Assembly: GCA_951406725.2 (NCBI GenBank)
Contig: OX597814.1
Span: forward strand, 116,188,001 to 116,252,000
DNA from: Octopus vulgaris
Taxonomy: Eukaryota
Direction: 5' to 3'
Length of the DNA stretch: 64,000 nucleotides
Below the pieces are notes generated by a model that saw only the letters and a program-made list of their open reading frames with translations, searched no databases and was not told where the DNA came from. Shown here in pieces: positions 52,211 to 64,000 of the stretch. The translations under genes and the position numbers were made by a program. Positions within the stretch are counted from its first letter, which is position 1, and every line of letters starts with the position of its first letter.

Positions 52211-52390
52211 AGCTCCCCGAGGCTCCGGCAGGGGGTGGTGGCGACCCATGTTGTATACTTTCGCCACAACTTTCTCTCACTCTCTCTTCCTGTTTCTTGA
52301 GTAACGCTGCGTTTGACTGGCGTCCCGTCCAGCTGGTGGGGAACACATACGCCATAGAAACCGGGAAACCGGATCCATGAGCATGGCTAG
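52211..52390 (+). mobile_element. 5'-truncated SINE C copy
   Basis: Near-identical to 52783-52962. Confidence 0.9.
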
Positions 52391-52671
52391 AATTCAGTTT
52401 AAATTTAAATTTAAGTCCTACACTTCACTATCAGTTTTGCGAATTTTCTTCATGTTTTCCCACTCTGATCATATTTGTTTTCTGTTATTGGCCCTTCCAT
52501 CATTTTATCATGGCATTCCGTAGAACTATTTTCAGCTTAGCTGTCATATTTTTATTTTGTAGCTTGTCCGTCGTTTCATAATACTCTGTTATTTTATGTC
52601 TGTCTTTGTTTTGTTTGTAAAAGCTTCCACGAAAACAGGAAATAGTGTTTTCTTATGTTTATTCTTGTCAT

Positions 52672-52978
52672 AGTGGAGGCGCAATGGCCCAGTGGTTGGG
52701 GCAGCGGACTCGCGTTCGGAGGATCGCGGTTTCGATTCACAAACCGGGCGTTGTGTGTGTTTATTGAGCGAAAACACCTAAAAGCTCCCCGAGGCTCCGG
52801 CAGGGGGTGGTGGCGACCCCTGTTGTATACTTTCGCCACAACTTTCTCTCACTCTCTCTTCCTGTTTCTTGAGTAATGCTGCGTTTGACTGACGTCCCGT
52901 CCAGCTGGTGGGGAACACATACGCCATAGAAACCGGGAAACCGGATCCATGAGCATGGCTAGGCTCGAAAAGGGCGAC
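52672..52978 (+). mobile_element. SINE family C, full length
   Basis: GTGGAGGCGCAATGGCCCAGTGG..GGTTTCGATTC head; TATTCTTGTCATAG-like sequence on both flanks. Confidence 0.9.
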
Positions 52979-52999
52979 GAAAATAATTCTTGTCATAGC

Positions 53000-55200
53000 A
53001 ACCCCAGTGTCTGCATTCATAATACTCCAAACGCATTCCTTCTTTTTCTGTTTATTGTTTATATCTGTCTAGAATTGCTAATACTTTCGCATCTAGGTCA
53101 CATTTAAATGAAAAGCTGCAGCATTTATTCGTATTGTGTGTTTTCCTTGTCTAAAATTTCCTTTTTAGAACTTCCACATGTTATATATTATCCGCTTCAT
53201 GGATTTCTAAGTATTTGTTAGTTTGTTTTTGTTGCATTTATATTATACATATACTTATATATAGCATGATATCTTTATTCTAATTTCTTTAATAATTGTA
53301 ATCTCAATTTTATATGAATTTAGCTAGAAAAATCTGTGTAATTTGTGCCACAGTGCTTCTAGTTATTTATTATCTGCAGTGTACGACCAAGGATCGTTCT
53401 TAATATTGATAATTGTTTATTATACCATAGCATTTCATCTGAATCCAGTTCAGTTTAGCATGTTCCGTAAAGTTGTTAGCACTGCCTAGGAAAACAGAGT
53501 GAGTCTCTGTAGGTTATTCCTTTTCTAATGGTTTAGAGATCTTTTGTTGTACCAGTAAAATTATTTGACATTTACTCATGACATGTTTAAGGTATCTGCA
53601 TATTATTGATGTTACCTTACCCATGTTTAATGTTCCAAGAAGCCATATAATGAATCAATAGCATTCTACAACCTCCGATTAAGGCTTTGTTGATCAGTAA
53701 TTGACCTTTACAACTATAAGAACCTTTGAAGCATCCATTCTATTCATCTACAAACTAGCAGTTCCCTTCAGTTCTCTTGATTCTTTGCCATGTTATTGCT
53801 GCTGAGGCTTTATAAGCTGTAGGTAGGTGGGTTATGGGTCTGTAGTTTTTGATGTGTAACTTTCCTCTTGGGTATTAAAATGTGGTTCCACCTCGTTGTG
53901 AGCCAGTCAAGTGTTTCTGGTTTCCTCAATATCTTATGGAACGTCTCTGCTGGTACCTTATGCGATTAAACATATTAAACAGAAGTTTGGAACCTTTGTC
54001 ATGTCCTGGTCCTTTCCAGTTGTTCATTTTTAACAAAAAAAGTATTTGGTGTAATTTTTATGTTATTATGGCCTCTCGGTATTGTTCTTAAGTATTCGTT
54101 CGAACATTGTTATTTGCAGTCAGTGCTTTCCTGTACCCCATTCTACCTAATATCTTATACTTCTTTTTTAGTCGGTGCTGAATTGATGCCTATACAATTT
54201 CCATATAATGCTTGCTAAAATTATTTTCAGTTGAAGTTCAACGGTTTCTTTTGTCCAACGAATCGTCCTACTTTCATACTGACAGACTCCTCTTTAATAT
54301 TTCCCGAAGATCTTTTATTTTGTGCATCATCGATTTTAGATACTTCTTTTTCTCTTGTCATTGTCATAATCCTCAATTATTTGTCTTTCCTTCCTTTCAG
54401 TTCTGTCGTTTTGCTATTGATTTCACTAGGGATAAAGAAAACTTTTGTCTTTCTATCAATTTTGTGTAATATTTGCTTTTCATGTTTGTTAGGGGTTTGA
54501 AGTTCTTATATGAATAGATCTGAAGGTAGATACATTTCCCTTTGTAACGATACTGGCTGCTGTATATATTACTTTATTTTACATGATGATATTGATATTC
54601 TTGTCCGTTTTCATTAAGTCTGTGATGGCTAGGTTTGCAGTCTTTATTATTGTTGCTACTTTCATCACGATTGCTGCCTATAACACTTAAATCATTCTCA
54701 TATTCCAATTTCTTCATATCTTTGCCTAGGTACTTCTGGTTCGGATTTCTTGGTCAGTATTCTGTTAGGCGTTCTGAGGTTCGGTAATTCATTTAGATCT
54801 TCGTGATTTAAATTATCACCATCTTTGTATTTTTTGTTTTATATTCGTCATTTTTAGGTTACATCTTCTGTATTTATCAGTTTCTGAGCTTTCTTGGTTT
54901 CTGAGATTGTGTCTTAAACTAGTTACTCTGTGCGGTACAGTAATAAATTTAAATTCAGGCTTTTTCTTCTCCAAATTTCACTGCAGTTTATTGACATAAT
55001 TTCGTTTATTGAGTACAGTTTTCCACAAAATTATCATCTCACGAGTGTGGATGTTTACTTTTCCGTTTTATTTGCTAGGGTTAAAGACTACATCCATCAC
55101 CGTCTACTTTTTCTGGGTACCAGTATATCTATTTTTGTTCATGTCGAGTTTTGTATGCTACATACTTTTCTACGCTTTTCTCAATCATCATATTTCGGTT
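53000..55200 (-). pseudogene. Decayed R4/Dong-like LINE (RT N-terminal half)
   Basis: Minus-strand NNWKGPGHD (~54000-54027) and NYRPITHL (~53822-53847). Confidence 0.7.
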
Positions 55201-55206
55201 AAACAT

Positions 55207-55638
55207 ACTCTTTACTCTTTTACTCTTTTACTTGTTTCAGTCATTTGACTGTAGCCATGCTGGAGCACCGCCTTTAGTCGAACAAATCGACCCCAGGACT
55301 TATTCTTTGTAAACCTAGTACTTATTCTATCGGTTTCTTTCGCCGAACCGCTAAGTTACGGGGACGTAAATACACCAGCATCGTTTGTCAAGCGATGTGT
55401 GTGTGTGGATGGGTGGGGGTGGGTAAAAACACAGACACACAAACACACAAACACACACACACACAAATATATATATATATATATACATATATACGACGGG
55501 CTTCTTTCAGTTTCCGTCTTCCAAATTCACTCGCAAGGCTTAGGTAGAAGACACTTGCCCAATGTGCCATGCAGTGGGACTGAACCCGAAACCATATGGT
55601 TAGTAAGCGAGCTACTTACCACACAGCCACTCCTGCAC
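55207..55638 (-). mobile_element. SINE family A
   Basis: Family consensus match. Confidence 0.92.
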
Positions 55639-55649
55639 CATAGTTAATA

Positions 55650-57830
55650 TTTATAATATTAGTCACTTTTGAATGCAGACATGACTCATGTTGAAAAGAG
55701 CCGTTCTGCGGTTGTTCTTTTTGTCATCTACGATCATATTTGGTCTGCTGGCTTCAAAGCTTTGGTCAATCTCCTGGGAAAAATCTCGTAAAATCTTGCT
55801 TTTATGATCCACTGTTACCTTTGCTCCTATTCATACCACTTTTCGTCATTTCGAACCCACAAACCTGGCTAACAATCAATGTCAATGAAAGAATTAATGA
55901 ATTATTTCATCGACACAGTCATTCCTGCATTAATACTTACCTATTTTATGCTACTTTACTGTACCCACGAACTTATTAATGCTTTCGTCTTATTTTCTAC
56001 ACATTCTGCGTGGCAAACATTGCTAATCTTTGTCTTTATCAAATTCATCCAAATGGCTCGTAGACAAGTGATTAAAATAAGGCTTTAGTGTTTTCTTTTT
56101 ATACTTCTCTCTCTCAGTTCAAGCAGCGTTCCAATTACTGCATGAATTGACCACAGACCTCTTTGCATTTCTACTAGATATTTCACCTGTCTTATATCTT
56201 TCTATTCTTGAATTCTGTCATTGTTTCAGTGATGCTTTCGACATTTATATATCTGCAATTTAGTAAACGTTCTTCCCTATGTACCGCGTATATCTTCAAA
56301 CAAAAATTCACAGCCATGATAGTGACTTCTACATTTAACAAAACTCTGCATTCTTCCATTTTTGATTAGTAGAGTCTGTCGATTTTATCTTTAGGGTGGT
56401 ATGCATTATGCGTGGCGATCAGCTTCCTAGTTTTTCTACACACTTCCCGTATCACTGTAATAATCCACTTAAAAAAGGTACAATATATCTGAACTTTTCT
56501 ATAGCTTTCATGATCTTTTCTCCAATTAGTTTTCTTTGAGGCACCCTCCAATCCTGCCTCTTGTACTCACAGGTATTTTCTCTTTCATCTCCTTTCTCAC
56601 TACCTTATCCTCTTGCAGCACTTATCAAACTTTTATCATTCTTCAGTGATCTAATGATACCGTCTTGTCGCGTCTTTCTACAACTCAGACTTAATCTTTT
56701 GACCTCTCTTTATAATAAAAGCTACACACTCGTCTACCCTAACTGCATATAATTTATCTTGCTAAATATTCTTACTGTTTCGATCAGAGAATTCAATCTT
56801 TTTTTAATTTTTGAAGTAGAGTTTAAAATCATCCATAAATAGCAAATTATGTTTTCTCCCCGACCTTAGCAAACTTGCTCCAAATGTTTTCACAGTAACG
56901 CATTCACAAAAGTAACTGAGACGGCGAATCTTCAAGGTATATTCCCGTCCGTATTTTTATATCTGACCAAAAATGACTTGAAAGTCATAACATGCCGGCA
57001 GGAAAATAACATCACTAGGTGAGACAAGCTGACACTGAATTGACAGGCGTCGGTCTCGTTTAGAGAATGCGTGGGCTAAGACTACGCGCCTTCATTGGTC
57101 AGTTCAAACCGAGACAGTGTCACGTGACAACTTGCTGGGGCTGCCTGCTGGAGTCTAGCAGCAGGTATTTAAAAGGAAATTTGACAAGGCAGTCATTCGC
57201 CCGCTGACAATTGTTGACGCTACATCGAAGAGGCCAGGGAACAGAAGAAAGAAGACATGCACCCAATACCAGAGCTGAAGATACCTCCGAAAGGGAGGGG
57301 GCGCCACGTCAAAACGGTAGAGGAATAGGGGCCGAAACCGGACGTGGTTCCTCCTGATAATGTCTTGAGCTAACTGGATCCTATAAAGGAGCTGTTGTGG
57401 TAGCAGACCATGAAACACGGTTGAAATTCCTTCCTCGGTGATCCACTTCTGAATTTTACTTTTGACGTTCTGCAATCACGTAGCTGTTTCAAATATGCTG
57501 TTAAACTTCACATAGAGCACGAGTGTCCTTGGACACTCCGAAAGATAATAGTGTAGATAATTATCACATGGCTTGTTGTAGTCTATCTAACCAACACCTT
57601 AGTTCTTTCTGATTCGTACGTTACTTAGCATCAATAGTTTCTGCGCATCACATTTGCTCTTCTGTAACTATTTTCTCCTCTAGAAATCTATACAGTTCAT
57701 ATTTCGAGTCCACTTAATTTTTCGAGAAACGGTATGTAATGAGCTTATAATTGCCGGCGTATTTTCTCTTTATCTGTCCATTAAACACTGTCCATAATAA
57801 TATGTTGGCGTTCCATTTTCTATACAATCA
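55650..57830 (-). pseudogene. Decayed R4/Dong-like LINE RT, interrupted at ~56990-57450
   Basis: LLFMDDFKL (~56820-56847), KTRKLIATHNAYHPKDKIDRLY, IDYNK (~57575). Confidence 0.75.
56990..57445 (+). mobile_element. Penelope-like pseudo-LTR
   Basis: ATTGG, TCACGTGA and TATTTAAAA promoter-like motifs, then CTGAAGA..CGAAAC..CTGATAA..GAAAC; homologous to 2240-2761. Confidence 0.6.
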
Positions 57831-57984
57831 GCAAAACAATCTTACATATGGCGACACGTATTTGTGTGATTTTAAGTGAAAGTCCTTGAAGACCATTAGG
57901 GCCAGGAGTGCTCCAGTTTGTTATCGTTTCAGGCATCTTTTTACATTGTCTCTTCTGCAGTGTTTGACTTCTATTGCAATTAAC

Positions 57985-57986
57985 GA

Positions 57987-58028
<42 letters not shown>

Positions 58029-58038
58029 GCTGCTGCTG

Positions 58039-58073
<35 letters not shown>

Positions 58074-58077
58074 GTCA

Positions 58078-58109
<32 letters not shown>

Positions 58110-58111
58110 AT

Positions 58112-58144
<33 letters not shown>

Positions 58145-58297
58145 CACTACTACTACCACTACTGCTGCTGCTGCTGCTACTACTACTACTACTACCACTA
58201 CTACTACCACCACTACTGCTGCTGCTGCTGCTACCACTACTACTGCTGTTGTCGCTGCTGCTACTACTACTGCTGCTGCCACTGCTACTGCTGCTGC

Positions 58298-58360
<63 letters not shown>

Positions 58361-58368
58361 AACTACTG
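57985..58368. repeat. Compound trinucleotide tract (CTA/CTG/CCA)n
   Basis: Direct reading. Confidence 0.97.
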
Positions 58369-58384
58369 CCTAACACAACAACTT

Positions 58385-59125
58385 TACTGGGAAATGTAAC
58401 AAGGTATCAACTATCCACAACCGGTGGACTATTGCAACACTATTTTTATAAAATGTTTTCGTCATTAAGCACTAAGGGTTTAAAAACATCGGGGACGGTG
58501 CAAGACAGTGCAAGGAGGCATGGAACAATAAGATGCTCAAAATCAGGGTTTATGAAGAATGCATTCTGAGCGTCGCTCCTCTATAGATTAGACACCTTCA
58601 CACTATAACAGAGGACAAGAGAAGAAGTTCAATGTCTTTCATCTGAGATGCTTGCGCAAGATCCTTGACATCAACTGGTACCACTTCCGAACATGGTAAC
58701 AATTCTATGCAAAATGAGATCAAGACGGCTTCAACATGTGAAGCATATGGATGATAATAAAGTTCCCAAGGAGTCGTTATATGGCGAGTTGGCTCAGGAC
58801 GGACGACCCAAATGACGATAAAAGCTGAGATTCAAAGACACATGTAAGAGCAGCTTGAGCAAGCGCCACACCGAATTGGGAAAGTTTGCTGAAGACTGAA
58901 CAGTATGGAGAACTTCAGAGTACAAAGGAGTCAAACAGCGCGAAGAACAAAGCATCCTGGCCCCTGAAGCAGAATGTCAAAGAAAAAAAGAAAACACTGC
59001 AGTACACTTGCTTGCAGATTTTGCAACAAAACTTGCTCAGCAGAAATAGGAAGGATCTACCATGAGAGAAGCTGCAGAAAGAAGACTACGAGTACCTAAT
59101 TAAGACAGGACGCTACTAAGGCTGT
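58385..59125 (+). pseudogene. Decayed RTE-clade LINE 3' part
   Basis: FHLRCLRKILDINW, HVKHMDDNKVPKESLYGEL, LRFKDTCK, CRFCNKTC..H C-terminal knuckle. Confidence 0.85.
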
Positions 59126-59134
59126 CCATCAAGG

Positions 59135-59281
59135 TGAAAATGAGCCTTTGCCTTTCATCCTTTCGGGGGTCGATAAATTAAGTACCAGTTACGCACTGGG
59201 GTCGATGCAATCGACTTTAACCGTTTGTCTGTCCTTGTTTGTCCCCTCTGTGTTTAACCCCTTGTGGGTAATAAAGAAACA

Positions 59282-59340
<59 letters not shown>

Positions 59341-59735
59341 GAAAGCAGCAAGCTAGCAGAGTCGTTTGCACGCAGGGCAAAATGCTTAGCGTTATTTCGT
59401 CATCCTTCCGGGGTCGATAAATTTAGTACCAGTGAAACGCTGGAGTCGATGTAATCGGCTATCCCCTCTACAAAAAAAAAGTAAAAAAGACTTCAAGGCC
59501 TTCGTTCTTCATTAGAAAGGATTATTATTATTATTATTATTTTAAGGCGGTGAGCTGACAGAATCGTTAGCACGCCAGATAAAACGCTTGGCATTTCGCA
59601 TGTCTACGTTCTGATTTCAAATTCCGCCGAGGTCGACTTGCCTTTCATCCTTTCCGGGTCGATAAATTAAGTGCCAGTTGCATACTAATCGACTATCCCC
59701 CAAATTTTAGGCCTTCTGCCTATAATAGAAAGGAA
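59135..59735 (+). mobile_element. Cluster of three SINE B copies separated by (ATT)n
   Basis: Repeated GGGTCGATAAATT(A/T)AGT core. Confidence 0.8.
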
Positions 59736-59799
59736 TTATTCATTATTAGTTTTACTCTTGTTATAAATCTGTAGTCTTACCTTTAATGTCTCCTTTCGC

Positions 59800-60120
59800 T
59801 ACACTTCTCAGCAGAACCCTGTGTATCTATGTGAGTCATATTTCGTTTTGGTTTTCTTATATTTGCTGTATTACAAATGTTCTACAGAATACATGTGCCG
59901 GATGTTGCGGTAATGTTTGTTTTTTTCGCTTGATAAGCATATTTGTAAGTCGTGGGTGTTTCGTTATGTATTTGTCTGCATGTGCTTTGATCATTCCCAG
60001 AGCGCTTATTATTACAGGGATCGTTTCTGTTTTCACGTTCCACATTTTGATTATCTGTTTCCAGATCTTTATAAATCAGAAAAAAAAGTTATTACTTTTA
60101 TGAGTTTGCAAATGTTTCAT
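59800..60120 (-). pseudogene. R4/Dong-like LINE 3' (RLE) fragment
   Basis: MWNVKTETIPVIISALGMI. Confidence 0.7.
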
Positions 60121-61454
60121 GCGAGCTTTTACAATATGACCTGGTACAAAGCCGTAGTCTTGAAATGAATCTTTTGCGAGAGATGTAAAGTGTTTCCACG
60201 TTACATGTAATTTACTGTATTTTGTTTGTTTTGAGCTGTAGTTTAGTGTTTCGTTTCTTTGATGTGGAGAATATGTGTCGTGTGAGTTTTCTTATTTCGT
60301 TGCATGGTGATTGCATTGCGTTTTCTTAGAGTTGGTTGTAAATATTGCATAACGTATATCCAGTTACGTTATTAAATTGAAAGTATCTTGAGAAAAAACA
60401 TTAATAAGTTTCTTTCTTCAAAGAGAATTGTATATATGTCAGGAAACATTGTTACAAATTTCAAGGTTAATAAATGCTGTGTGAACATGCTCCAACAGTG
60501 GTGATTTATTATTGTTGATATTCTTGCTGTTGTTGGTTGTACACGCCCACATTCTACTGTTAAGAAGATATATTCTAACCAGATTACTTTATCGAAAAAG
60601 AAGAGAGAAATGTTTTCTTTCTCTTTAGATTTTTTCGCCAACTAAGAGGTTCGAAACACTAGAATTGCTAACCCATTACACTAAGGCGCTTTATGAGACA
60701 TGTGGTTGTGTATTGTTTCCAAATATTTATTTTAAAAACATCTGGTTGTTCTGTGTGGCACCTGTGAGATGGCGCAAAGAGGTGTTCACCACAAAGTGGT
60801 TGCAGTGAATGAAAATAAAAAATTGAAGAATAAATAGTAAAAGATTATACACATATATACACACACACATAGAGACATGTATACGAACAATAACAGTTTG
60901 CTGAGAGAAAGCACAAACTTGAATAACCGTAGCAAAATCAACACCACCAGCAGCACCTAAATATACTTTGCTCGCCTCCTACGCCTAAAGAACTTACGAG
61001 ACATCGATTAGTTGATGACAAAGATAGTATCATGAAAGTGTTATGTCATAAAATAGAGTACCTCTTTCACAGAAAAATTTAGCCAGGAAAAGGCGAGAAA
61101 ATGGGGTCAAATATTTTATTCACCAAAACATCTGTGAGGGTTTCAAATGAGCCTCAGAATAGTAACTGTAAAACAACTCTGGCTGATGGGTATTGTCTCT
61201 CATTAACTTGAAAACACAGTGAAACAGACTCCTAAGAAATTAGTGATTATCTACGAAGGCCAGATTTCGTTATTGTAGGTCATGAGTTTGGATTAGTTCA
61301 TAGGATTAAGGTGGGAGGGAAGAATATTGACATCTCGATCCTAAACCTTTGGATGAGGTAGTCATCTCGGACGTTATTGACTCGAGATCTTGAACTCATA
61401 GGGTTTTAATGACGTATAAGTGACTGAGATGACATTATTCCCTCAACTCTCTAG

Positions 61455-61607
61455 GGGACGCCAGACCGACGTAGGTTTACTCACTTTCAACTGGTTGGAA
61501 TAAAGTAACGTGAAATGAAGTGTTTTGTCCATTAAAACTATGCACTTCGCAGAGCAGGAATCGAAACCATAATCTTGCCATCGCGAGTGCAACACCTTAA
61601 CCGTTAG
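61455..61607 (-). mobile_element. Decayed SINE family C
   Basis: AACGTGAAATGAAGTGTTTTG..GGAATCGAAACC. Confidence 0.65.
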
Positions 61608-61757
61608 ACGATACTACACTTTTTGTTGAGGGGCAGAAAACAATTGTTGAAAAGTTTAGAACAGTTCTCGCGCTCTCTCTTACACATACACACAGACACA
61701 CACACACACACACGCTCGGCCCCGAAACAATATATCCCTTTTTCACCAGGACATATA

Positions 61758-62151
61758 TATTTCTTTACTACCAACATGGGGCTAAACACAGATGGGATTA
61801 AGTCGATTACATAAACCCCAGTGCGTAACTGGTACTTAATTTATCGACCCCGAAAAGATGAAAGGCAAAGTTGACCTCGGCGGAATTTGAACCCAGAACG
61901 TAACGGCAGACGAAATACCTATTTCTTTACTGCCCACAACGGGCTAAACGCAGAGGAGACAAACAAGGACAGACAAACGGATTAAGTCGATTACATGGTC
62001 CCCAGTGCATAACTGGTACTTAACTTATCGACCTCGAAAGGATGAAAGGCAAAGTCGACCTCGGCGGAATTTGAACGCAGAACATAACGGCAGACGAAAT
62101 ACGGCTACGCATTTCGCCCGGCGTGCTAACATTTCTGCCAGCTCGCCGCCT
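61758..62151 (-). mobile_element. SINE family B dimer with 18-bp TSD
   Basis: TTTTCACCAGGACATATA at 61740-61757 and 62153-62170. Confidence 0.93.
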
Positions 62152-62534
62152 ATTTTCACCAGGACATATAGCGTATGAAGTCATACCAAAATGTGTGTAT
62201 ATTTTTTACAGCTGGGTAGATTTAACCAGCGAAAGGTAAGAGTGTATTCGCCATGATAACGGTAACGAGAGAAATATACACAACACGATTAATTTTGCTT
62301 AGCATTTCGACTTGTCACCCCGATGGAATATAAAATATTGTCAGTTTGATTAATGGCATTCTCTTCTATTCTCATTTAGGTAATTGATTTCTCCGTCCAC
62401 AGGGTTCAAATCCACACCAAGTACGGGATGCAATAGAAAGATCTCTGATATTTTACACTGCTGTTGCTGCGGCACAGATCTTAATAGAGATCTTAATAAG
62501 CGTTTTTATGCCACCAATATAGCTGTCAGAAAGT

Positions 62535-63420
62535 CAGTGAGCTGGCAGAAACGTTAACACGCCGGGCGAAATGCTTAGTATTTCGTCTGTCTTTACATTC
62601 TGAGTTCAATTACCACAGAGGTCGAATTTGGCTTTCACCCTTTCGGGGTCGATATATTTAGTACCAGTTGTGTACAGGGGTCGATAAAATCGACTGGCTC
62701 ACATCCCCAAAACTTTCGGGCCTTGTGCCTAGAGTAGAAAACAATATAGATGGCAGAAACGTTAGCACGTCGGGCTAAATGCTTAGCTGTATTTCGTCTG
62801 CCGCTACGTTCTGAGTTCAAATTCCACCGAGGTCAACTTTGCCTTTCATCCTTTCGGGGTCGATTAAATAAGTACCAGTCACGCACTGGGGTCGATCTAA
62901 TCGACTTAATCCCTTTGTCTGTCCTTGTTTGTCCTCTCTGTGCTTAGCCCCTTGCAGGTAGTAAAGAAATAGGTATTTCGTCTGCCGTTACGTTGTGAGT
63001 TCAAATTCCGCCGAGGGACTTTATCCGTTTGTCTGTCCTTGTCTGTCCTCTCTGTGTTTAGCCCTTTGTGGGTAGTAAAGGAATATGTATTTCGTCTGCC
63101 GCTAAGTTCTGATTTCAAACTCCGCCGAGGTCGACTTTGCCTTTCATCCTTTCGGGGTCGATATAATCGACTTAATCCGTTTGTCTGTCCTTGTTTGTCC
63201 TCTCTGTGTTTAGCCCCCTGTGGGTAGTAAAGAAATAGGTATTTCATCTGTCTACGTTCTAAGACCAAATTCCGCCGAGGTCAACTTTGTTTTTTATCCT
63301 TTAAGAGTCGATTAAATAAGTACCAGTTATGCTCTGGTGTCGATATAATCGACTTAATCCATCTGTCTGTTCTTGTTTGTCCCCTGTATGTTTAGCCCCT
63401 TGTGGGCAATAAAGAAATAA
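62535..63420 (+). mobile_element. SINE family B multimer (about five modules)
   Basis: Repeated TATTTCGTCTG..GTTCAAATTCC..GTCTGTCCTTGTTTGTCC modules. Confidence 0.9.
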
Positions 63421-63537
63421 ATGTTTTATGCATCTTTTTGTATATTTTGTACTTTGACAGTTATAATCATAGTTTGGATCGGAGGGGATGCAAAGGGGGG
63501 ATATGCTGTTTCGGGATGGAGCGAGTTTGTGTGTGTA

Positions 63538-63538
63538 A

Positions 63539-63574
<36 letters not shown>

Positions 63575-63745
63575 AGAGAGAGAAGGAGTGAGAGAGAGTG
63601 AGAGAGAGAAGGAGTGAGAGAGAGTGAGAGAGAGTGAATGAGTGAGAGAGAGTGAGAGAGAGAGTGAGTGAGTGACAGAGAGTGAGAGAGAGAGTGAGTG
63701 AGTGAGTGAGTGAGAGAGAGAGATAGAGTGAGAGAGAGAGAGAGA
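63538..63745. repeat. (GA)n/(GAGT)n tract
   Basis: Direct reading. Confidence 0.95.
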
Positions 63746-64000
63746 ATTATTTTCAACTTTACAAAAATTGTTTTCTTTTCCCCCTCGACCATAGCGTTTG
63801 TTTGCTGTTGAAACGTTAATCAACTTGTAAAGTACGGGAGTATTTTCTTTGCATCCTATATATTTGGGTTTTAGGCTGCTGTCCGAACACATCAGAATTT
63901 AATTGTCAAATAACTTAGGCAGAAGTGAAATGTTAGCACCCATGACCTTTTCAATACCTCCTAGATCAGTGGGCAGAAGCTGCCAGGGACTTAACCCTAA

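Noticed and set aside
57886-58569. 227-aa poly-Leu ORF and the overlapping poly-Ser/Val/Tyr ORFs
   Set aside because: Trinucleotide repeat read-through into a decayed RTE fragment.
62535-63420. Regular repeat modules reminiscent of a CRISPR array
   Set aside because: Eukaryotic context; units are ~120-200-bp SINE modules without unique spacers or cas genes.

Overview
AT-rich, repeat-saturated eukaryotic non-coding DNA (intronic or intergenic). The SINE families and microsatellite load resemble an Octopus/coleoid cephalopod genome; this is inferred, not searched. I found no intact protein-coding gene, and nearly all track ORFs are microsatellite or SINE artefacts. The window holds four tRNA-derived SINE-like families (working labels A-D), decayed LINEs (R4/Dong-like with a restriction-like endonuclease [RLE], CR1, RTE), a full-length dead mariner, a Tc1-like element, Helitron-type elements and MITEs. 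The main signal is a set of non-coding Penelope-like (PLE) pseudo-LTR (pLTR) and fold-back elements, mostly in (TA)n tracts, carrying type-I hammerhead ribozyme (HHR) folds. Several have non-canonical cores (U3-A8, U4C). One 1-kb element has a ribozyme on each strand, and one is a tRNA-headed SINE with a hammerhead tail. Also notable are SINE multimers inserted as single units bounded by one target-site duplication (TSD), an R4-like LINE that seems to target (CATA)n, and a pre-miRNA-like hairpin. All folds and alignments were done by eye, and element boundaries are approximate.
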